DNA of 64,000 nucleotides, taken from positions 29,500-93,499 of the forward strand of contig CAZPCM010000001.1 in assembly GCA_964585085.1 (NCBI GenBank), in the 5' to 3' direction. Of this stretch, positions 21,001-24,017 are shown in pieces. How positions within the stretch are numbered: the stretch's first letter is position 1; each line of letters opens with the position of its first letter. The notes under the pieces were generated by a model. That model was not told the origin of the DNA and did no database searches. It saw only the letters and a list, made by a program, of their open reading frames with translations. The translations under genes and the position numbers were made by a program. The stretch is from an uncultured Propionibacteriaceae bacterium (GTDB lineage: Bacteria > Actinomycetota > Actinomycetes > Propionibacteriales > Propionibacteriaceae).

Positions 21001-22655
21001 GCCCGCAGCCCGGCCTGGCCCACCAGGACCAGCGTGTCGGCCAGCGACCCGCCGGCCACCTCGAACGAGGCCGCCTCGGGGGCCTCGTCGAGGTCCAGGG
21101 CATCCGCCAGGCTGACCAGCGACACCGCATCGGTGTCGAGACGCAGCGCGTGCGCGAAGAATTCATCATTTCCGACGGACGCGGTCGCGGTGACGCCGTC
21201 CGAGGCCCAGCGGGTCAGCCGGCCGGACAGGTCCACCGTCAGCCCCCCGCCGAACGACAGCTTGGCCGTCCGCTTGCCTGCGCGGCCCGCGGCCAGGGTG
21301 ACCGTCACCGTCGCCGACTGCCCCGGAGCCAGGGTGGCCGGGACCGGCCCGACCACGAACGACCCGGCCGGGTCATCGAGCACCGCACCGCTGAGCACGA
21401 TGGTGTCGGTCCCGTTGTTCGTCAGCGTGATGGTCTGGCTGGCTCCCGAGGACGGCTGGACGCGACCGAAGTCGAGCGCGGTCGTGCTCACCGAAACGCC
21501 GGGGGTCGTGCCTCCCGTGGCGCGGACGTCGGACGGCGGCACGAACGCCGGATCGGCACTCGTGGAACCGGTCGGCGCGGACGCAGGGTCGGAGGCCGGG
21601 TTCCCGCTGGGATCGGGGGTGTCCCCGGAGTCGGCGGAACCCGCCGCGGAGGCGGACGGGGTGCCGGAGCTCTCCGACAGGGCAGGCTCAGGATCGGTCG
21701 CCGGCTCAGGTTCGGCTGCCGTCTCGGCGGCGGGTTCGGGCGCTGCCTCAGCCGTCGCCTCCGGCGCCGGAGCGGGATCAGCCTTCGCCTCTGGTGCGGG
21801 GTCGCTCTTCGGCTCCTCTTTCGCCTCGGGTGTGGGATCGGCCTTCTCCGCCGGAGCGGGATCGGCCTTCGGCTCAGGAGCGGGATCGGCCTTCTCCGCC
21901 GGAGCGGGATCAGCCTTCGGCTCAGGAGCGGGATCAGCCTTGGGCTTGGACTCGGGCTCCGGTTCGCTGACCGCCTCCTCGTCCTCCAGGGGCAGGAGTT
22001 CGGGCGCCGTCAACGCCATCCCCGGGCCGTCCCCGGCCATCCGCGGGAGACCGTCCGGGACAGCAACGGGGAAGTCCGTGCCGGGCTCGAGCGTCTCACC
22101 CATCAGGCCTGACGTGGCGTGCCCGTACCCGAGCGCGTGCCCCACCTCATGGCGAAGCACGGTCACCAACGACATCCGCGACCAGCCCCAGCCGGCCGCA
22201 TCGTCGTCGATCGCAACGTCCTTCCCCTGAGCCAAGCCCAGGAGTTGGCCGGGAAGGTCACGAACGGAGACGGTGATCCCCGTCGTGTCCGCGCCGGTCG
22301 CCCGCCAGTCCGCGGTCGCCTGGCCGAACGCCGTCCTCAGCTCTCCCTCGCTGAGGGAGTCGTCCGAGGCGGTCTCGGGCGCGCGAGCGGGCAGCAAGGC
22401 CCGATCAGCCGGGAGCACCGAGGACCAGAAGGACCGCGACTGGTGGAAGACATCGCCGAGTTGGACCGGGGAAAGCCCGGCGTTCGCAGTGGTCGGGGCA
22501 CTCATCGCCACAGCAGCCGAGGTGCCATAGGGGAGGGAAAGGCCGAGCACCAGCCCGGCGACGACGGTCCGGAAGCACACCCCGCCGACCCCAGCGCGCC
22601 GCCACGACGAGCCGCAGCTGGCTGCGACGCGTGGGTTCGCCTGCGATCCAGTCAC
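1..22655 (-). CDS. Giant secreted repetitive surface/adhesin-like protein, at least about 7,550 aa, 3'-truncated by the window edge
   Basis: Minus frame with codons on + positions divisible by 3. No minus ORF in this frame is listed between 1 and 22733, although it contains ATG codons, so the frame has no in-window stop. The long + strand shadow ORFs (652, 871, 2494 ... 20848, 22273) keep a single phase. GTG at 22655 has GGAG 7 nt upstream and gives MTGSQANPRVAASCGSSWRRAGVGGVCFRTVVAGLVLGLSLPYGTSAAVA|MSAP, a signal peptide. Alternative start is ATG 22733. Translation is Ala/Val/Gly/Thr/Ser-rich with repeated modules. Confidence 0.9.
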   Translation of the reverse strand, partial: MTGSQANPRVAASCGSSWRRAGVGGVCFRTVVAGLVLGLSLPYGTSAAVAMSAPTTANAGLSPVQLGDVFHQSRSFWSSVLPADRALLPARAPETASDDSLSEGELRTAFGQATADWRATGADTTGITVSVRDLPGQLLGLAQGKDVAIDDDAAGWGWSRMSLVTVLRHEVGHALGYGHATSGLMGETLEPGTDFPVAVPDGLPRMAGDGPGMALTAPELLPLEDEEAVSEPEPESKPKADPAPEPKADPAPAEKADPAPEPKADPAPAEKADPTPEAKEEPKSDPAPEAKADPAPAPEATAEAAPEPAAETAAEPEPATDPEPALSESSGTPSASAAGSADSGDTPDPSGNPASDPASAPTGSTSADPAFVPPSDVRATGGTTPGVSVSTTALDFGRVQPSSGASQTITLTNNGTDTIVLSGAVLDDPAGSFVVGPVPATLAPGQSATVTVTLAAGRAGKRTAKLSFGGGLTVDLSGRLTRWASDGVTATASVGNDEFFAHALRLDTDAVSLVSLADALDLDEAPEAASFEVAGGSLADTLVLVGQAGLRALRVLGGGGVDTLVGPSGDQTWQVTGDGAGSVAGVAFEGFENLTGAENNQDTFAFARGGRIAGVVDGGAGGYDSLALDAAGGSVSALAYDPHSGVIAIDGVRYAYTGLEPISITGPTNLTVNGSLGDDVATLTAHVTLPGWFTFSGVTFETIDFERPSVSLLVDGLDGLDSVTVANTFGVLDFGAIPVTITAETIVVDGSLVTTGDVTLDARASNPVGATTTNLSATAQVNGSITGRDVIVRATTEQTVNLLAQIASGPVSIALTSNALAEITGTASIVAATLQAIAQTLVDVVYVGTAPTTTPWFGVGPLSVDATVNVAVTNSTTARILDGATLTVGGTPISGTEPATVLVSALDDTSVAITIADGSADRLGTLVPGVNSGAQFSFDNLQALVTLSRDTRATLAADVVSTGVVAVRARNQGTIESTVTSDLVGIARHTVPVDDAVASLTGAALNVGGLEINATTSGSFEASAKDARNDVTGQTLASVTGSTVTAGTGGVAITAQDLSTLRAHAGDQILVPGTPLVTATAALAWNLLDRTVRAAVENSSIDALGDVAVRALADATLVSDTTAASIALNPGALITTDVAAVAALFAANVLRGDVSAAVIGSTVDAADVLVAALAEQALIDATSQVSAVAATGTSALELLPKLTLGVALAVNFIGWAVTHTALSAFLGAIDALLGTDFGAGSEETWDVTASAIDSDLTADADLTISARSAEVINATVSNTASSTAAGMFGTFSAGAGAVLASNKISSAARALVDSTTSQRVNLTAGGALSVLADDAAGIYSNVKLVASSVTTNDGGVHALGTVLDLLIDPTYESSDGLQSLVFGDTVLADGSVYQWMGPNTPTLVDLLTADYEDLGYWKPVGATDYFPQGFNVTTSPSVAVAAVVVLNDVRSDVAASVTDAEIEVHDLLVQALEQAFVRADVDVTATASGGSSFSGGLALAANGIIATNRVLGGASATVANSVVSATGDIVVDASNVAEIQASVRAAMAGSATAIGVILAFNTIGWQPTNVFFATVDALIGDPLIQNEAFSGETPVESNATLANSPVTAGGVVHVTAVTAATIRASVGNDATSAPATLFGFGAMNAAGVLTANRVSSGANASIIDSDLPGDLTLASNPALLAPGDRVRLSAGEVYEFVGAGRAPPAGGLANEDFSSADWRRVDLVIAAGVTVEAHNNATIDSTSTLSSEVSSDSDAASGILNQWAADVLGDYEYTSNSGTQNLAFGDRVRVADDYGNAAAAGRVYQWMGTPQAINLAGTDYTDYALWKELTPTNLVNDSMSYEDLASRAVWLQTLFLGGAGSTTFVLLTTNTVNSAVVASIAGTEIAAAGAVAVTAADAASIVANDSSEVSGGGSGAVIVSNVVLSTAEALVTSSPITTTAGGDLSVSADQNGRIDATATTRIEDGDGTSAILAFNSIGWTPTNIVFGAIEAFLGKTQDWGSEQPAQALAQVTDSALDIAGSISVRATSATQINASAENANNVAAIAGVVLPEAGQQGSVTGFGQNASVTGLILASNKVSSQAQAAIAFTLAGGEVTAGGDVTIQSKDAAGINSSIVLVQSAEAQNDPTKLIQTVNDELLPNDYDYTTASGTQTLVQGDRVRLGAGYAGGGLAGSVYEFLGATGTVVPLGSANYGDTLLWDRLEAGADNLESLYPGIGSITLSKAKAMGILVAMNDVRGDVTATLANAQVDAGGDVTVSAIEDALLTAEATSTVGALSDSPIGFGFLLGLLFNGSAKSIQIVTNVVLATATASVTDSSVEAASLTVEAANRSGIDATLLSTAATTTTALGATLAFNLLGWKPQNIFENTLDTFLGQSPADETRPAAAIASLIDSEVVLTGDLTVSAVNAAILNATVSNAASSAADGLFLVTGGTKNAIFASNKVSSRAEALVERSQVTAGGAMTVLASDDAGVYSNVKIVGSSVTTNSGAIDVISGQIKSSVDADFASSEIASVLSFGDRVRIDSNFGSPVATTSSIGLQPVALTAGHNVELHAGYAASTLTTASGIRLLTLGDNVTVEDGYLAGGDWGVTYRYVGPNARLDLGSVDYRDTSLWKPVGGNAGGVYAYLGPDATIDINSTDFGDASLWTELAGTAGTVYEYLGQTATNVNLATQNYTDLGYWRPVAETQIFPTFNITNSDSSAMGGTIVLNDVVSTVESSVVDSTVTAGSVEVRAVEQAVIRAVADVTTSSSGGSSWDGQGTSSAISAVIATNRVLGSATASITDSTVTTRTDDPATAANENTSGDLAVSAENLSVIDATNLVAAASGAKSVGLVLAFNTVGWNPSPTFFALIDALIGDPLISDAYDGENPVATLAFITGTPLTVAGDILVSATTDAQINALVSNAATSAPAALFGAGGTSVGMVVSSNKVSAKASAYVAPETSSTSLLPVSAGGAVEVIAVNSSVITANTAMYGEVSPTNDAGAGIINNFAQLLLDQYNYTNRSGVKSLVFGDKVRVAEDFAGTYVVDPAFDAAGKVFEWMGLDGSSVDLGTQDYSDFELWKELTPTNLINGSVTYAVLSEAGTALKKDGLVGSSTSYYGLVDYNDVRSVVEAYLRKVDLTAASVSVQALGLGSIAVSDESVIVPWGGFGAVIVTNTVLADADAHIVDSTITTSGDLSVQAENVAQIDASAYSSIEAWTAISAVVAFNSIGWKPSNILFQALDALLGDPLISTAFNGEQPSDALAYIRDTTVDAGGAISVTATSASQLNAVAGNENVVEAVLDLLFTGAQTTTTSTDAKTGKTSSKTEGYGASGLAGGGILASNKVSSGAEAFIEFTGAQGTIDAGGPVTVAARDDAGINASSTVVQDVTTGNTMEGIVEIVNQVLVPGDYDFTTASGVRSLEAGDYVRIGSSYSGVGVVVGDVYQYLGADALVDLGAATYTDTLLWERIVGDSNNVGQYYPGIGNFTNSDARAVGILVVMNDLRSNVAARISNADVTAASVEVSAIENAWLQAQGLLNVTASGGSFYGSGTVLAVGGQIATNVVLASATATIEDSVLTVDGDVRVTALNTSGIDATVLSAVTSGDTGVGITLAFNTVGWKSQNFLFNTVDALLGDPLISGAFGGEQPSKAVASIVDTEVTATNVIVDAQNSAQLNATLSNAATSAASALYGATGKAVGGLIASNKVSSRADAFIASTAGTAQETVTATGDVTVIATDNAGIYANITLVTSATTSNDGGFSVAQKMINNLTPADYLSSEGVRTLAFGDTVQIAAIDDDFTSADGEVDLTNGQVVRVEDGYADARFTTGSGNRIVLAGDAVTVATGYAGGGTAGATYRYVGETARLDLGAQDYTDTALWALIAGEDGRAYRYLGADVTLDLGLVDYTDTATWQPLGGDEGVIYEWMGPTTSVDLGTPAHPYDDLGWWKPLPVTGLLPSGINVSGSDAIAAGGLVVMNDIRSEATAHIDAMTVDAAALTVRAVELALMRAIADASITSSGGSSFPIDGDSIAAGGVIATNVVLSEARATITDSTITTAGDVIVDAENLSQMDATTKAALESAGQTVGVVLAFNSIGWKSQNFLFNLVDAILGDPLIADAFGNQDPALVEALIIDSSVDAGGEVAVAAVNEAVINAEVTNQASSVVVMVYGSEGLAVGIAIAKNMVNVSTRAALESTGDPLSVQAGGAVSVTADEIAEIHADVTLEVLAQTVNDFGLSLVKGLLEAAFLDYGYTSNSGVRTLTDGELVRVADDYTGCGLATCPEAGFIFEYTGPTASIDLGAVNYSTGPWDKLILQSFDNIGFSFKTKATAGGGIAVVNDVRGGVTAEILDVDVTAGAGITVTASERAVIQATDVSLITAEGGSGSSAYNGIIATNLVLSGAHATVDGADLVATSGGVVVGASNTSFITAVITSETKATTAGVGVTLAFNTIGWDSQNIAFNFADALLGLDIGTQKPAETIAHVTDSTLSAGGGIAVTAVNHATINAHIATSAATFDKGFTGSATAVSVDAVVAMNKVSTKTQAILEDAPAVVLPPSVPAPSVDAKGGDLVVTATDSAVITSFVEAPVTAVSLAVKDGTSVGVAVSISRNDVRVATDAEVTDVPWAKASGNIQVAASDAMLIDATSTASAITVAISVKGSIAFSGGGATAVNLIKGHTNATVTSAKLEAGGTLDITTAISAGIDALVSALAVAIGGGVTGTTPGIAIGFSLARNLIGWAEYGGVTPIEVKARAISAELIAGDDITISATSTASITAVVEATAVAIAASTDSAFAVSIGGLWTDNKIGTRIEASATSTSIETGHAFAVTASDTSTITADARAAAVAASLSGGKGGAGSVGLSLAHNTIDTQVLALVATPGTVIAPDGVVITATNNAQILVQSIAVAVSVAVAGGNPALALAGGGSESTNTIVSTTRAGVSGGSLGTVDDPVEDVTISASSVGSIKALVLAVAGSISFGTGTSAGLALGVSVARNIIGWSEVAVTSDHTSDQTAVALNTGDTVRIVGGVLDGEVYSYRGPPVASADLSTIDYSDPSAWTRVGLDPSTAAVEARVSGADVHATGAVAVTASSNQTIDAIVLAGAVAVSGGGSTGVGLSGAGVYTENRINGATRAIIDGGDPTAPVTISVGSLNVTADDASQIRVIAGAASVAAGVGGSTGVAVSIGLSIALNSLDVDVEAAVIAATVTTTSTADALVIKATSRGSHLFDLSTGGLGANPAATLDDAATGADDDPNTGVNEQTVDAAADAAILNGIEQQFNSNGVPLTAGAHSTSDVVKPVFTTLAGTVDLTAGDAVRVAAGHAAGGTAGEVYIYSGADATGVDLGAVDFTGSDWKQGTWVIVKNGEVVRNTATGLSYRYLGNGDSTPDLLNLNAQAYASSPTVWTYVPPALTIVKPGQAWQLTSGTDVYLITKVVTGSGTVYRVSRPTISAVAVAASLAVAIGGSVGVSVSGAGAYARNEIAGSTHAWAADSALTSAAGVEVTAEGTASVVATIVSASASFAIGGTAGIGVSIGVAIAENAIGGYDDQGDRVPYEVAAALTTTSVDADGALEVTASAEQTISALVIAASAAVAGSGTVGVGVSGAGAVAFNTIVADIAATISGDAPAAQALTGISAATLTVTATNASWIRALTLGASLAAAFAGVAAVAVSVGVSLAQNTIDVTTTAGIDGVGDGVGAGEVTIAATNSSAIDSLAIAASLAAGGGLVGIGISGAGAVATNVILNHTLAHVTDSDLTTTASGTSGDVSVTATDSASIKAVVAAASAAISGGFVGVSATVGLSIARNLIGWALDGLTPVSSPAEVQAFILRSTVDAAGDLLLSASESGTIDAIVVAFSVALAGGAVAGTLTGAGSTADNRIQTIVHAYVQGDPSDAAATSVDAGTTKIWATDTSRILAIVGAASLGVAAGVVGVSVSIAVALARNEVANDVAAYLADVAEVDVSSLEIKATTGAGPVLTVGSGSLGSTLTTAASQGADVSSSGGLTAVTRNAIKSALSALALSDTLAVTVLAQGTEWALRDVASGRSWVIRKTATGYDVVASSIDAVTVAASLAAGIGLVGIAISGAGALAANTVTSTTNAYAARSTITSGGAVGLTADSSSAILATVVSVSVALGGGIAGVAVSIGVAIARNIIGYDAGDGTVADHVVSDGLTGGETIVTGDTVLVDVGPLSGKVFRYVGTPAVSSYTGVDFTDPTLWREVRTRNAAQVRAYLLDSSVDATGALTVQATGRQTIAAIVVAGSAAVAGGLVGLGGAGAGASAENRIAVDVAAFIAGDGVAGIDDIITASAVSLTATDTSTIKVDVGAVAIAGGVGGVAGAVSIAVALATNTIDDRIEAFVSDASVEAEAGALAISATEAASIESLTVAAAISAALGAISLTISGAGAIAENVILSAVRSSAADADLGATGAVSVTATNTARILATIAVLSASVSGGVLGGGALAIGAAIARNILGWDYAYTTASGTKTVLYGDKVRLADGYAGGGTPGAVYRYLGPRASRNLGTQDYTNASLWVEEGPNQVKAFLDDTSVDAGGALTVSAADTSSINALVAAGSVAAAASFGVALAGAGAGAQATNRIATQVWASIDGDGATGISAASVSVTATSTTSITATTGAVAVALSIAPLGASLAIAVALATNEIGTDTAAFIRNTDTGLEATTGGVTVAAITQSPALFTLSSGLPTKAQLNAGASSTLTTLGSLFAAQGEPLSAAGLLDLTTVTTDAVWHLVDIAAGRAYLLRWVAGTLQVSRATISAYTVAAAVAGGLGAFSGAGTKAVNTTTSRTRASIGAGSVTAHGAVSVTAHDTSSIVAVLPTVSVAAGFVGGAGADSFTQNTIGSAVEAVIAGGVTSTTSGVSVKARTDALAHAETLTIAVGIALGVSTATVKAVTTIGGSTQARLDNGADVTASAGGVDVAATSASAASAVMAGGSGVIGVAVTTVNGTATIADALLAQVGDGATVTAQSLRVQVGDLDASAPATRNANAVLSGGTGGIAAVTNLKAEAIITGSAAARIGNATVTTTQATIVNAHVVQGALATTVAGSGGFVDVSTLTAIASIGTTGTAAPVSAVADEGADLIVGSLSITATGESNALATMDSSGGGAITVATGESNTLVNTSVIARLGPAGAATLPLSGRTTVSSTGDITITATGSQYAKSTSDRAGGGAISVSDLNAKAKVLGSVGASVGAAVKITTARNLSVTAEIAGSSALTSTTISTGGVVNVGTPYAESTSTPSVSAGIGAGADITVAAAGGIGGDLTVEAIGRAEADSTAKVYGGGAITAGASSAKSVVDPSVAVTVGTGTVVAADGDVTVRARLTRTPLQTPPSDVIESVNTGNTTGDPASNTVTVDFPLQTGDVVSYTTSGGEIGGLDACTSLTDCRPYNVTVVSPGRIAFESTFSVASVDANFDIITFSSPHNFRSGDAVYYLPGGGLSIVEPWQTSLPTSDPLYVNPNAVLYVRGVLLSTSISGDVTDPTEIDPLRIRLVDTYAAATASESSLLRGFSSIGGDFHITFGTPYFAVGQSVTYRAGASVEFLTEGVDVTVVNDDSDCDLVSGSNPRVA
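21770..21960 (-). repeat. Coding tandem repeats (ADPAPEPK / ADPAPAEK) forming a low-complexity linker in the giant protein
   Basis: Repeated gcgggatc(a/g)gccttc on the + strand; translation EPEPESKPKADPAPEPKADPAPAEKADPAPEPKADPAPAEKADPTPEAK. Confidence 0.85.
22101..22151 (-). other. Metzincin-type zinc-binding motif HEVGHALGYGH plus Met (ATSGLM) inside the giant protein
   Basis: Codons 22151-22119 read H-E-V-G-H-A-L-G-Y-G-H; Met at 22103-22101; preceded by DDDAAGWGW. Confidence 0.8.
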
Positions 22656-22958
22656 AGAAGGGCTCCCGGGGTGGGTCGGACTTGACAAACGCAACACTGG
22701 CACTTCGTCCGCCCGCTGGGAAGATCCCCACATGAAGAGAATCTGAGATGTTGTGCGTAGTTCAACCCATTGCGCCGACACCGTTGGTCCGGGGTGAGGG
22801 TCGAACCAAAGGGGATCGAGTGCAGGACTAGAAGCGGAGCAAGGTCCCCCGGCTGGTGATCGCGAGGCGGTGCTCGGTGAACCTGATGAGGTCCAGCACC
22901 TCGCGTTCCTTCATCGTGGCGCTGACCGACGTGGCGACGGTAGGTGGGCCACGAGACG

Positions 22959-23954
22959 TCAGGCGCAGCCGCAGGAGCGACGGATCACCGGCTTGGTTGG
23001 ATACGGCACCGGCATCGTCACCGCTTGCTCACCCAGGACACGGGCGACCGCGTCGCGGGCCATTTCGGCCATGGGCACCTCGACCGTGGTCAGCGGGGGG
23101 ACGGTGAACTCCGACTCCGGCGAGCCGTCGAACGACACCACGGCCAGATCTTCGGGGACCCGCCGCCCCGCCAGCTGGGTCCCCGACAACAGGCCGGTGG
23201 CCTGCTGGTCGGAGGTGACGAAGACCCCGGTCACGTCGGGGTGCTCGGTGATCAGCGTGCGGGCGGCCTCCCGTCCACCTGCCATCGACCAGGGCACCCG
23301 CAACACGACGGACGGGTCCTGGCCGGACTCGACGAGCACGTCCCGCCAGGCGCGTTCTCGTTCTTCGACGACCTCCGACCCGGTGACCAGCGCGATCCTG
23401 TCGTGGCGGTGCGCCTCCACCAAGTGCTGGACCATCGCACGGGCGCCCTGGTAGAAGTCCGGGGCCAGGGACGGGAAGGGCCCCATCCCCCCGCCGAGGC
23501 TGAAGACGATGATCGGCACCCGTTGGCGGGCGAGCTCCAGGACGACATCAGGCGGTGCCGAGGCAGCGGTGATCACCCCCATCACGAGCCGGCCGCCGAG
23601 GGCCTCGACCACTTTGGCAAGCCCGGTGGGGCTCGACTGCGCGAGCACCAGGGTCAAGCCGCGTTCACGTGCCGCTACCTCGACCTCCTGCGCCATGGCG
23701 GCGAAGTACGGGTTGCCGACATCCGGGACGATCAGGCCCAGCAGGTCTGCACGTCCGGTGATCAGCGAGCGAGCCGCCGCGTTGGGCTGGTAGCCGAGCT
23801 TTTCGATGGCGTCGAGCACACGCTCGCGGGTCGCCGCGGCCACCGGCCTGGGACCGTTGTTCACCACGTAGCTGACGACCGCCGTGCTCACGCCGGCGAG
23901 TCTGGCCACGTCGTCGCGCGTGGCACTGCGCCGACCGTCCGCCGTCTCCGCCAT
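22959..23954 (-). CDS. LacI-family transcriptional regulator
   Basis: N-terminal TRDDVARLAGVSTAVVSYVVNNG helix-turn-helix; sugar-binding C-terminus with VSFDG and PPLTTV motifs. Confidence 0.95.
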   Translation of the reverse strand: MAETADGRRSATRDDVARLAGVSTAVVSYVVNNGPRPVAAATRERVLDAIEKLGYQPNAAARSLITGRADLLGLIVPDVGNPYFAAMAQEVEVAARERGLTLVLAQSSPTGLAKVVEALGGRLVMGVITAASAPPDVVLELARQRVPIIVFSLGGGMGPFPSLAPDFYQGARAMVQHLVEAHRHDRIALVTGSEVVEERERAWRDVLVESGQDPSVVLRVPWSMAGGREAARTLITEHPDVTGVFVTSDQQATGLLSGTQLAGRRVPEDLAVVSFDGSPESEFTVPPLTTVEVPMAEMARDAVARVLGEQAVTMPVPYPTKPVIRRSCGCA

Positions 23955-24017
23955 GATCCCCCCGCCGCAGTGGTTCGGCTCACAGGCTAGCCTGCCGCCG
24001 GACCCCCCTGAGGAGGC

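Noticed and set aside
22590-22610. SWRRAG as a possible twin-arginine (Tat) signal
   Set aside because: It lacks the RRxFLK consensus, and a protein this large is an implausible Tat substrate.
67-22731. Dozens of listed ORFs over the giant gene (for example 156-6539 +, 1081-4635 -, 7710-10805 +, 22405-22731 -)
   Set aside because: These are Arg/Gly-rich or Ser/Thr/Pro-rich off-frame and antisense shadows caused by high GC3; the real gene is the unlisted frame.
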